A stretch of 63,981 bases of DNA, counting the filler, from Dirinaria sp. TL-2023a (lineage: Eukaryota), in the NCBI GenBank assembly GCA_051941275.1. It is 4 parts of 4 records of this genome, joined end to end, with 100 filler letters (N's around TTAATTAATTAA, not from the genome) between each part and the next. Parts side by side here need not be neighbours in the genome. Positions count along the whole stretch, not along the records: positions 33,033 to 49,382 come from JAVEBF010000494.1; 3 more parts are not named here. One strand, 5' to 3'. The position numbers were made by a program, and so were the translations under genes. The notes under the pieces are model-generated. The model had not been told where the DNA came from. It saw nothing but the letters and a program-made list of their open reading frames with translations, and searched no databases. Below, piece by piece: positions 34,309 to 46,150 of the stretch. Each line of letters starts with the position of its first letter. Positions within the stretch are counted from its first letter, which is position 1.

Positions 34309-37300
34309 ATGACTTCTGATACCGCCTCAGGGACAGGTTCAACCGTGGAAGCGTCGATCAGCAGCGGTGCTGCTGCCGTGGGGGCCGCAAATGGGAGTAC
34401 AGGCAACAATGGGCAAGGCAACGGTCAGTAACCTTTGGTCCTAGTATATCCAGAGGAAACCATCGTTGTTAAACGTAGGTATTGAAAATGGCTGACTCTG
34501 AATTCAAACAGTCCCTACCAATCCAAAATCCTACAATGGAGGTCCTAATAGCGGAGCGAATTTCCCGCCACCGAAAACAGATAAGCCACGTCCTCATGGA
34601 TGTGGCACCTGCGGTCGCTCTTTTGCGCGATTGGAGCATTTGAAACGACATGAGCGATCCCATACCAAAGAGAAGCCATTCGAATGTCCGGAATGTACCC
34701 GTTGTTTTGCCAGGCGTGATCTGCTGCTGCGACACCAGCAAAAGCTGCATATGACCGCCATGCCGACATCCAGACAACGAGGTGGTAGGCGAGAAAGCAC
34801 GAGTAGCACGGCTACTACTGGTACAAATCGAGTAAGGAAGTCTTCTGTGGTGAACGCCAGTGGTGCCCCTGGGAGCTCAGGAACAACCTCGATGCGTCCA
34901 AGGGCAAATACCATAGCGCATGTAGACAACGCTACGTTGGGCATGCTCGCGGCAGCCAACGCCTCAGTGTCCAGGAACGGGGGTATGGGCTTTGGATCCG
35001 GTGGTCTTGAGATGCACCATGGTTTACCTGGCGTTGGCGGCTACACCTTTCGGGGCATGTCCACTGCGGTCGGAAACCATGGGGATCCTCATGTGCTGCC
35101 GAAGCTCGAGACGCATAGTCTTGGAATTGATGTGGGCGCAAGCCTTCGTACGGCACCTCCGTACGCAGGTGCTGGAGCCGATGTTGATATGCAGAGTCTA
35201 TGGTACGGGCCCGCCAGCTCTACCGTCAACCCAGCGCAGCTGCACTTTTCAGATTCGCCGCACTCCATGGCATTTGATACACCGGAGTCGCCGTATCACC
35301 AAGGCTTCCCATCTACGTCCCAAGGCCCTCCCGCCCTTGAGGATGAAGGCACGTTCGCCTGTCTGCACGGCTTCGAAAACCAGATGTCATTCAACAGCGC
35401 TAACGAACAAGCCATCGACAATTCTTCGCCATCAGCGGTAAGCAATGGCAGCCAAGATGGCCTCAATGAAATCATGCTGGATGGCTCGAATCCTGCATTG
35501 AACACTTCATCTATCTGGCAAGCTCCTATGGCGGCGCAAATCCCCATGCCCCCGGACTATTCGGTTGACATGTCCGCATCGGTCCTCCCGGACCTCTTTC
35601 CACCCGGACAAATATCACCAAAATCCATGCAAGGCCACGTAAATCCTGGGGAACAGTACTTCTCATCTCCTCCGCCCATCATTTCTCAAACGCCAATCTC
35701 TTTCTTGCAAGGCGGCTCTAACCCATTTGTCCACCCTCCCATGATGATGGAGCCAGAGACCCCGAGCAATTCCGCTGCTTCTATAAGCAGCAGTCAGCGC
35801 CAGAGTTCCGTTACTTCTGTGTCTACTGACTCAATCACCGATGCTACACGGCAAGCTCTCATCAACAGCCTAGCCCAGTCGTCCCTTTACAGCCAGCACA
35901 TGATGAAGAGTTCACAGCCTTCAATGAACTCGCCTCTATCGGCAGACTATGTATCTCGATCTCAACCCATTAGCGGCGTACCGCTGCCAAGCACGTATGA
36001 TCTTCAGCGCTATGTTGCTGCATACATTCAATACTTCCACCCCCATCTTCCATTTCTCCATATTCCATCGCTTTCGTTTGACTCGCCAGTTTTCACGAGC
36101 AGTTTGCGCGCATCAGGAACGAACGTCACTTTTGGCCAGTCCGGCATAACAGGAGGGGCCGGTTCGCTTATCCTTGCCATGGCTGCCATAGGCGCTTTCT
36201 ACGAGTATGAAACAGCGGCGTCGAAGGACTTATTTGAGATGGCCAAGAAAATGATACATATTTACCTGGAGGAGAGAAGGAAAGCTGACATGTCAGCAGC
36301 GTTGTCTGGCGTAAGTAATGTAGGCGAGGCTGCAGCTCAGAACACACCACTGTGGCTTGTCCAAGCAATGCTGCTCAACGTTATATATGGGCACAATTGC
36401 GGTGATAAGACCTCAGCAGGTATCGCCAGCACCCATTGTGCAGCACTTGTCAGCTTGGCTCGGGCTGCAGAGCTTGCTGTACCGTCGCAGCATTCTCGCT
36501 GGGCTCCAAATCGGTCCACCCAGCACGGTAGTACAGATCGAGATATCGACATGATCAATGGCGTGACTGCCTACAGTGCTCAGCAGATGTCCGATGTGCA
36601 AACAGATTGGAATGAATGGAAGCTCGCCGAGGAACGTAAACGAACACTTTACGCTGTTTTTATCTTGTCAAGCTTGCTGGTCTCGGCTTACAACCACGCT
36701 CCTGCTCTCATGAACTCCGAAATCAAGCTCGAACTGCCATGCGACGAGGACCTCTGGTCAGCAGACTCAGCTGAGGCTTGGCGCTTCGCATGCGAGTCTC
36801 GCATGGGAGAACCAAACCCGCTGCCTTTCGCCTCTGCTCTGAGTTCGTTGCTGACAGCTAGCCAACGAGAAACTCAACAGCGTCGGATGTCTCAGTCTTT
36901 TGATTGGGCTTTTGGCTCGGGAGTGGAACTTGAGAATCTTCCGGAGAGCGATATCAGGCCGAGTACCTTTGGCTGTCTGGTTCTCATCAATGCTCTACAT
37001 AATTACATCTGGGAAACACGGCAAAGGCATATCGGAAGGCAGTGGACACCCCAGGAGACGGATGCCATGCATGCCCATATCGAGCCTGCTCTAAGGGCGT
37101 GGCAGGCGGCATGGGCCAGCAACCCATTGCACAGCTGCGCAAGGCCCAATCCTTCTGGGATGAGCTCTCTCTCTGCGGACTGTATACCACTGCTAGACCT
37201 TGCCTATGTGCGCCTTTTCGTAAATCTTGGCCGCTCAAAAGAAGCCTTCTTCAGGCGTGATTTCGATGGCATGGCCGACGAGCTCGCCCAAGGGACAGAG

Positions 37301-38052
37301 ATCATCCAACATGCAGGCTACTCTTCAGATTCGCCCCAGAACGATACAGAATCTACCACTGGGCCCAACCGTTGCACCCGTGGCTCGCCAGTCACGGATG
37401 GGCCATACATCAAAACCGAGCAACACAGCCCCAACGAACCTCTTGACCAGGAACCGCAGTCAAGCGAGGTGTCTTCTCAGACGTCCAAGAGAGAGAGACA
37501 CCTTCGAAAAGCCGCATTCTTTGCTGCTAATTCGTTGGCAATGTCGGACAAACTGGGGGTTACTTTTGCCGACTTTGACTCTCGCGAGCTACCGATATCA
37601 TCAGCAATGTGTGCGTATGACTGTGCCCAGGTCATAGCTGAATGGATAGCAACCGTTCAGCAGCGCGTCGGGCGCTATCTAGGCATTCTGGGCCAGGATG
37701 CCATTAATTTCGCCGAAGTGCCCGCAATGATGCTTCTAGACGACGAAGACAGCAAGTTGTTCGAAAAGATTCACGAGGTCATACACCATGCCGAGGTAAA
37801 ACTTGCCAACCACGGCACAGTCACGAATGGCGCATCAGGCACCGAAGGGGGCTACGGGAGCAAAATTTTGATGGTGATGGCGCAGATGCTCCAGAGAGCC
37901 GCTGTCTGGCCAGGTAAATCATGCCCGTGTGGAAATCTGTCTTTCTTCATCACTGACGAAAACCAGTCACTGTAGAAGCGGCACAATCCCTTCAAACCCA
38001 AGCCCTGCATATCCAAGAGCGAGCTGAGCAGTCAATCAACCCTTGCATATAG
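34309..38052 (+). CDS. amdX: C2H2 zinc-finger transcription factor with fungal-specific TF domain, AmdX/Adr1-like, 3 coding exons
   Basis: Exons 34309-34423, 34512-37913 and 37967-38052. [63 protein letters not shown], plus [16 protein letters not shown] and LPCDEDLW. Confidence 0.85.
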
Positions 38053-39015
38053 AAGGCAATATGGGTCGAGCCGAGTCGACTGCGGAATTCGAGGTTCGAC
38101 GGCCTACTACGTTGCCTTCCATGTTCATCAGTCCTAGCATACAACATCTCCTGTTGATATTTCCTCAAGCCGAGCTGGACCCCAGCTTGGACGCCACGGT
38201 CATTCACGAACCGGTTCTCTTCTGTGTATATTTCTTGCATGAAAATGAGTCATGTGCGGCATCATCGAGGGCGGATGAGATGGTCTTCTCCGTAGCGCCC
38301 GGGTATTTGATGCAGATATCACGAATTATGGCCATTTCGCAAACGTTGTATAGTTTCCGTTTTGAGCATCTGGCTGGATGATGAATTCATGGCTTGTGTC
38401 TCGGGATTGGTCATATGCGCTAGGAGGGCTTGCAAAAAGCACGTTTATACCAGGAAATGAAAAAAGGATTTGAGATGTACATACACCGGGAATTTCGAAC
38501 CAGTTTATCAAGGACTACCTTCCAATCAAAATGAGCTTTACTTTAATGCTACGTGAGTGACGGTGCTTAAGTCGAGGGTACAGTCGGTAAGGTAAGGTAT
38601 GGTAGGTACTTTAGGTAAAGCAAGGTAGGTTCATGTAAGGTCAGGATGTGAAAGCTTGGCACAATTGGACAGCGCTATCATTGTAATTTTGTGTATTATT
38701 GCCCATAGGATTTCCATTCCTCTTACTGATCGAAAGACATACCTCACTACATCAGTGGATCTGCTAGAAGATGATTTAGGATGAAGCGAAGTATACTTCT
38801 CTTCCCTCCCGATGTGTCGTGAAGGGAAGCAGTCATAAGGCTGTGAATGTGCGGCTCCATGACGTACCTGGAAGGATGCACAATGCAGCCAATTGAGCAC
38901 AGCCTTGTGTCTTGTCAGGACATTCTTTGGCAAACATCGTCTTCTCCAACTCCACCATCCTGTTCACCAGTGCTGTTAGTCAGATTCGAGGCATCATACA
39001 CCAAGTCCAGAGACC

Positions 39016-41031
39016 ATGATGGCTGAAGAGGAGGCTTCGTCACAATCGATCCATGCCCGTATTGCAGCCCTCAACCTCGGCCATGTTGGTAGAGCTCCTG
39101 TCACAGCCAATGTAAAGGATGACAATGTTCTCACAAGACCGAGCTTTGAACAACGAAGCCACTCGACAATTATCACAAGTCCATCTGGCACGGGCAATGG
39201 CATTGGGAATGAGCCCAATGGACCTAGGAGGAACGGCGTGCTTCCTCCACCTGCCATCACTCGGACCGGCCAAGCTCCACAGCCGCCTGCGAATGTACCA
39301 TCAAAGCCAAACCTGCCTCCGCGGCCACCTCCAAGACAACCTTCGTCTCAGTTTTCTCCTGCGTTGCCGCTTCGAAGGCCGTCGGAGCAATTGACAAGAC
39401 GAGAGTCCAATGAATCAATCGCATCCAACATATCCTCCATCTCCGCCATGTCCGGTGGAACCACCAAAACATCTTGGTCAAAAACGTCAGGACCTAGGAC
39501 TCCATCTCTGGACGCAGGTAGGAAGATGGCGCCGGCCTTTGACCCTGCGAATCTACCACCTCTACCGCCAAAGCGCACGCCCACACAAGCCACAATGAAC
39601 GCACGGGTGCCGTTGAAGGCCACCAAATCTACGCCAGTCGTGACGACCATGGAGCTGGCACCGCCGCCGAAAACTCCAGCACTACCTCCACGACCACCCA
39701 CAAGGCAAGAGTCTACAGGAATGTCTCCACAGAGGAACCTGCCGCCGCGTATCCCCCCACCGACGCCAAGGTCGGCGCTCTCATATGGCATGAACAAATT
39801 AGAAGAGCCGACGGCAAATGGTACAAGCGGAAGAGAACCCAGCCCTGGGCCAGCTATTGCTGACAGAGCTCCTCGGCCCGTGCCTGTCGCGTCACGGCCA
39901 GACCTCTCAAAGATTATGGCTACTAAGCCTAAGCCTGGAACAAATCCGCAATCCCAGCCTTCTGCAACGTCCTGCTTGATATGCCGCGATTTTTCCGGCC
40001 CAGATACTCACGCTACCAGATTCCCACGCGAATCAGTCCCATCACTCGATTGGCTTGCCACTCAACTGACGACACCCTTCCCTTCACTAACCGACAAAGC
40101 TCGTGCAATCTTCACCTGGCTTCATCATAACATTTCATATGATGTCGTTGCTTTTTTCAACGACGCTGTTCAACCATCCACCCCATCCAACACGCTTGCC
40201 ACCGGCCTTGCTGTATGCGAAGGCTACGCGGGCTTGTTCACTGCGCTAGCTAGCAAAGCTGGTTTAGAGTCTCTGGTGGTTGGCGGGCACGGCAAGGGCT
40301 ATGGCTTCTCTTCTTTGCCAGCCGGTGCCCCTATACCTGCCGAGTATAGCACCCACGCGTGGAATGCCGTCAAAATCGATAATGGTGAATGGAAGCTTAT
40401 CGATTGTTGCTGGGGAGCTGGCAATGTCAGCGGGAAAGGCAAACCCTACAATAAGGCTTTCACACCTCGTTTCTTCACCATGTCAAACAACGAATTCGGA
40501 CTTCGCCATTTTCCGAGTAACAAAGCCCAGTTTTTCCGCACAGATGGTCGAAACCAAATACTGTGGGAAGAATACATCATCGGTGACACTGGTGGTGAGA
40601 CCGTGCGAATATACTCAGGCGTTGTTGAGAAGGAAGGACTAGCAGAAACGAGCTTTTTGCCCAAGTACCGCAAAGTACCAGTGCATCCAGGCTCACATTC
40701 GGGACCAACAACTCGCTTTCAATTTTCTAGGGTGTGCCCGCATTGGGATCCGATGCGCAATGGAGATGGGAAACCGTTTGTATTCATCCTTTCCATTCAC
40801 GGTGTTGATGGCCGGGAAGATGATTATGTGCCTTTTGAGACCAACGGCAGCTTCTGGTGGGCGGATGTAGAGCCCAGGAAGCTAGGCTGCAAGGGGCAGA
40901 CTATATCGGTGTACACCGTGGAAACAGTTTCTGGGAACAGCGGCCGCGGATTGGATGTCGAGGAGTACAAGCAGATGAAAGGACGGAAAGCCATGGGCTT
41001 CGCTGGGGTTTGTGCTTATGAGCTGGTATGA
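39016..41031 (+). CDS. Transglutaminase-like (Cyk3/KY-peptidase family) protein with Pro-rich N-terminus
   Basis: KARAIFTWLHHNISYD, AVCEGYA (Cys), HAWNAV (His) and LIDCCWGAG (Asp). Many PxxP motifs in the first 300 aa. Confidence 0.85.
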   Translation: MMAEEEASSQSIHARIAALNLGHVGRAPVTANVKDDNVLTRPSFEQRSHSTIITSPSGTGNGIGNEPNGPRRNGVLPPPAITRTGQAPQPPANVPSKPNLPPRPPPRQPSSQFSPALPLRRPSEQLTRRESNESIASNISSISAMSGGTTKTSWSKTSGPRTPSLDAGRKMAPAFDPANLPPLPPKRTPTQATMNARVPLKATKSTPVVTTMELAPPPKTPALPPRPPTRQESTGMSPQRNLPPRIPPPTPRSALSYGMNKLEEPTANGTSGREPSPGPAIADRAPRPVPVASRPDLSKIMATKPKPGTNPQSQPSATSCLICRDFSGPDTHATRFPRESVPSLDWLATQLTTPFPSLTDKARAIFTWLHHNISYDVVAFFNDAVQPSTPSNTLATGLAVCEGYAGLFTALASKAGLESLVVGGHGKGYGFSSLPAGAPIPAEYSTHAWNAVKIDNGEWKLIDCCWGAGNVSGKGKPYNKAFTPRFFTMSNNEFGLRHFPSNKAQFFRTDGRNQILWEEYIIGDTGGETVRIYSGVVEKEGLAETSFLPKYRKVPVHPGSHSGPTTRFQFSRVCPHWDPMRNGDGKPFVFILSIHGVDGREDDYVPFETNGSFWWADVEPRKLGCKGQTISVYTVETVSGNSGRGLDVEEYKQMKGRKAMGFAGVCAYELV

Positions 41032-42288
41032 CTCTCAGGATACTGCTGTTACTTCTGCGCTAGTGTTGGAGTTTGCAAGATGTGCGAGGATTTAGGGCAA
41101 GGTATGTGGAGAAAGATGTACAATATTTGTTTCGTCTACAGGTCTTAGGGGAAAGTGGTTGGGCGGCATACCCTTGGCAAATACAAGCCCAATGTGGATT
41201 ACTCATGGCGTTTGACATCAGAGGCGTCTTACCACACTTCGTCAGTATGTTGGTCGAATATTTTGGACCTTCTGCACCTTATCGCCCATATTCAAATCTA
41301 TTTAATTTAGATTGTGCAAACGCTCCGATCTAAAATTACATCGTTTCTGTTTGGTGATGGAATTAATCGCATGTCCATGACAGCCGGCATCGTGACTTGA
41401 TATTCAAGGTACGTTCGAGGGATCTTGGGCTTAATGGCCCGAACAACCGTATCGTGCTTTAGAAATTCAAGGCTTGTCGTGATGCAGATATTGTCATATC
41501 AATACTATTTCAACCCTTTTTTTGGGTTTTACAATTCATGCGGCTTTCATTTCCCTCATTTTACAAACTTCATTGCTGCTCCTCCGTTCACACTGCTCCG
41601 ATGATATCCATACCTCACCGTGGTTCACGACTCCGATTCGAGCTTTTTTTTGGGCCTGTTCGAAGTTAATTCCAAATCCTAATATAGATATTTACCACGG
41701 GGTATTCATGATTTCGCTCGCAAGAACATAGATTATTGTCATGATCCAGTCTGCCTAGAACTTTGCTTGGGTTGCAGAATCGCGAGAATGGCTCAATGGA
41801 TGGGGAGTTTGTGGTTTGGGATTCCGTCCTGCGGAAACGGGCTTGGTCCTTCCCGTAACAATCGCTTGCTTCAAAGACCACTCACTCCATCCTGCATTTT
41901 TATTCTTATCATGGCTTTTCTCATGATTAGATTGTCGCCTTCAACTGCTTCATCTTGTACATGGTGTTCTCATCGAACTGAGTTAGGCTCAGCGAAAGGG
42001 CCACCGTAATGTTGCGATGGTTGCATGATGCATACAGGACTACATATTTAGAGACAGATAAACCTGGGCGATCTACACATCATCGCGCATTTAGCGGTGG
42101 CTAGTTTGCTGGGGCTGAAGAGTGTACACGACCACTATGGATGCGTCACACAATACTAAGAAGCATGATGTATGGAGCCTGGACAAAATTGTGCTTTACA
42201 GGGACGATTGTGCGCACAATTCAAAGATGAACACATTTTTATAGCTCTCGGATATCGGAAATAAGCCCCGTCCACCTTTTGCATTCCG

Positions 42289-43501
42289 ATGTCTTCTGTG
42301 GAGGCGTCAGAGCGGTGGAATACTTTGCCTGAGCTTGTGCTGGTGCTGGGAAAGACTGGAGCTGGGAAATCAACGTTTATCAGGGCGGCGACTGGCTTAA
42401 ATGTCGAGATTGGGAAAAGTCTCAAGTCTTGTAAAGCTCACAAGATTTTATTATTGCAAGGGCCGATTTTCACTGACGCGCTTGGAAGGTACTGAAAAGG
42501 TACAGATCTATCCTGTCGCGGACTCGCGCATGTTTCTGATCGATACACCTGGCTTCGATGATCCTGTGAGGAGTGACACAGATATTCTGCAAGCCATTGC
42601 TTCGTGTCTCGCGGACCTGTACGAGGGTCTCAGCTTTGAAGGACTACAGGTGACGTTGTCTGGAATCATCTACATTCAATCCATTGACGAAGCTCGTATG
42701 ACCGGATCTATGAAGAAGAACCTAAAAATGTTCCAACTTCTGATTGGAGAGCACAATATGGCGCACTGTGTACTTGTTACATCGAAATGGAGATCAGTAG
42801 ACCTGGCCATCGCACAATCCAGAGAGTCCGAACTAGTCCAGACTCCGGATTACTGGGGAAGTCTCCTAGCATCTGGAGCCAGCATTGGCAGATATGAAGA
42901 TACCCGGCTTTCGGCGCTTGAGCTCATCAATTTGTCTAAAAGTGCTGGAGTATTTGTCCCGCAACTTGCACAAGAATATGCCGTTGAAGGCAAAGAGCTG
43001 CATCAGACAGCAGCTGGTCGGGCCATCGATGAGGATATCACAAGAGCTCGTGAACGCCATGAGCAAGATCTGGAGAGGTTGCGAGCAGAGCACAGACAAA
43101 CTTTGGAATTCGACAAGGTCCAAGACGCAGTGGAACTGAAGCCGCTTTTGGCCAGCGTAGAGGCAAGACTTCAAAATTTGGCCGACGAGATGCAAAGATT
43201 GCGTGCAGATAGAAATCTAGCTCAGATACGAATGGACGAGTTTGATGCTATGAGTGCAGCAACCAGTTCCAACGAAGACATGTTGGCTCCAGATGCCGCT
43301 GACGATAAACCCCGTGCGAGGAAGAAACGAGCATTGCGCTGGTTTGGGCGATTTCTGGCTATGGGCGCCGCAGTAACGATGAGTGTCTTGACTCACGGTG
43401 CAATGATCCCGGTGGGCATGAGTCTTTATGGGGCAGTGGAATCACTCTGCCAGCGGGATAAGGATCGTGAGGCGGGGAAAAGGATCGGAAAGTGGGAATA
43501 A
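42289..43501 (+). CDS. P-loop GTPase (TRAFAC; AIG1/MMR_HSR1-like fungal family) with coiled coil and C-terminal hydrophobic segment, 2 exons
   Basis: Exons 42289-42430 and 42489-43501. G1 GKTGAGKST, G2 SCT, G3 DTPGFDD, LSGIIY, G4-like VTSKW. Confidence 0.85.
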
Positions 43502-43603
43502 AGAGCAATCACAGCTGGCAAAGCCGGATGGAACGGAAGTCGACGCCGTCCTAATTCCATACTCGGCAACGCAAACATGGTGTAGCTGCAGCTGAAGTAT
43601 CCA

Positions 43604-45020
43604 CTAATACACGTTCTCTTGGACGAATCCACAATTTGGGCAAGTCCAACAACCCTCGTTGGGGTGCTTCCTCTTGCATACCAGGCACTTCCAGTTGAGG
43701 TGCCAAAACCCTAGCTTGACGCGAGGCATCTTCTTCTTTGATTCTTCGAGTCTTTTTATTCGGTTCTGCAACGCTTCTACGTTGTTTGTGTGCTGCTCAC
43801 GCTGTTCCACTTCTTTCTCTGCGTACATTTGTATTCGATTCTGCAACGCTTCGACGTAGTCCATGTGCAAGATGCGCTGCTCTTCTTCTTTTTCTGCCAC
43901 CTGTCGCTCGAGACGGCGGCATTCCCTCTTCAACGCTTCTTGCATCCTTTGATTTTCTAGGCAACGGGATGTCATTATTGTGTTACCTGGAAAGAGTTGG
44001 CACTTACGACTTCTCTCCGCTAGCTTCACTTCCTCCGTCAACGCCTCTTTTTCTTCCTGGTACTTCTCCTGCAAATTGTTCAGAGCGTCGTTAATAAAAG
44101 CACCGGCTTCCGTATCTGCCAGCTTCTTGCCCTGAACGACCTCTTCCTGTATCTTAGGCATGAACCTCTGACCCCCGTAAAGAATGTCTTCTACCAAAGA
44201 CTTCGCGCTAGCATTGGAGTTCTCGAACCGTCGAACCGACGAACCAGCAGCGATCATCGTGCCCCAGAACCCGTTCTCGGAGGTCAAGTCGCGTTCTCTG
44301 CGGTGCGCGTCTTCTTCGGGAGTGATGCCCCATTTCGTAGTCACCAAGATCACGTTCTTCAAATTGTCATCCCCGCACAGTTTCCGGAACATGCGCAGAT
44401 TCTGCAGGCTGGAATTGGTCATGCGCGCGTCGGAAATGGAATGCAGGTATATGATCCCCGACAGGAGGATATCGTCGTCATAAGAGTCCTTCATCCACTC
44501 CGCCAGCGAATACAGGATCTCGGTGTCGCTTCGCTCGGTATCGTTGAACCCGGGCGTATCGACCAGTATAACATACTTGTCCCCGACTTTGCACGGCACC
44601 TCCTCACATTCCTGTGTACCTGTATGTACGATTATTGGCTATCGGTCAAAAAAATGGGTGTGCTATCCATTCATTCGACCAACTAAATAAGTACCTACAA
44701 GAACTCAGATTATGCCCTATATTCATCTCTCGCCCGGCAAGCTTGCTGATCAGAGTCGACTTCCCAGTGCCCGTCGGACCCATCACAGCTGGATAATTTT
44801 CAAATCAATCAATCATGATGAATTACATTTTTGAAAAAAGTAATCCAAAACTTCAAAACATACCTATCACCAACGGCTTCTCGGGCGGGACGCTCGGAAG
44901 CGACTGCTTTGCCGTGTCCCAGATTTGGTCTTGCACGCTGTAGGGTGGTGGACTGCCTACATCCACGCCACGCCATGAATCATCCGCCGTCGCGCTCGCG
45001 ACGACGACGCTGGAAGACAT
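43604..45020 (-). CDS. Paralogous P-loop GTPase with coiled coil and C-terminal CxxC..CxxC zinc ribbon, 3-4 exons
   Basis: Exons 45020-44864, 44788-44699, 44619-44008 and 43956-43604. GPTGTGKST, SCT, DTPGFND, LSGIIYLHSI, NLRMFRKLCG and VTTKW; tail WKCLVC...WTCPNC. Confidence 0.85.
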
Positions 45021-46115
45021 CCCTATCTCCCCGGGATCGGAATAGGCCACCACTGGCCACCTCAATTGGAAAAAAGTTCGGGGCACAGAATGTATAAGGT
45101 AGCCAGAGCAAGCTCCAGAACTTCACGCTTCACGGGCGCTTTTTTTTTTTTTCAAGACAAGATGGACAGAGTAGATAAAAGCTGAAGAATAAATACATTG
45201 CATTGCATCAGATTCGATTTTTGTGGCGCCTTGATTTTGTTTAAGGTAGGCTTGGTGACGATCTCATGCAAGCCCCCCCAATGGTGCATTTTCCCCGGGG
45301 ATAAGGTAAGGTCGTACCTTTTCTTACCGTATGTAGGTCTGCTAGCGTCGAGGCTACCCTACCAAATTCGTACTGTAGAGGCTATCTAGGTATGTATGTA
45401 CATCAGCCACAATGCTCGAGATCTAAAAAGCAAAGGGAACTCTTCACACTCCAAACCCCACGCCCACGGCCCACAAACCACGATTGCTCTACACAACCAC
45501 ATCACACCACTCTGCAAATTCACAAGCTTCTAATGGATACCACTCACGACCCTACCTACACCATCTAAAAAAAAAAAAAAAAAATAGGGTAATGAAAACC
45601 CCAAACCAAAAACCCACCCATTCCTACAAACCCCGAAACCCATATTCTAAACATCCCATGCACTCCAAGCGCGAATTATATCACTGGATTTAACAATTCT
45701 ATATACTCTGCTAATCGCAAGCTATGGATAAATACGCCGATGTTACGACAGTCTGTCCTTCTTCTTTGGTGGAGTTTTAAATTATTCAGAAATTTTTTTT
45801 TTTTTTTGGTTTAAAGGAAGGTATGTATGTGTACACGCTACTATGACAAGCGTCTTCCATAAACCCTGCTTCGCTCCTTCTTTAGCCTTCATCGATGGGA
45901 ATCCTTGCCAGCTTGTGGAAGGCGAAGAGGAAAGCAGTTAAAATTGAAATGATTTTGTTTGGGGAGGAATCAGGGTGAGGTCTTGCGAGGCTCTTTTTTT
46001 ATGCCTCGATTTACTTTTTTGTTTTGTAAATATCTTACATTGTGTGGCACGGATCTGAAACAGCAGAAAAAAAATGGGATAGTGGTTGAGTTCGAGACGA
46101 GTGACAATCTTTTTA

Positions 46116-46150
<35 letters not shown>

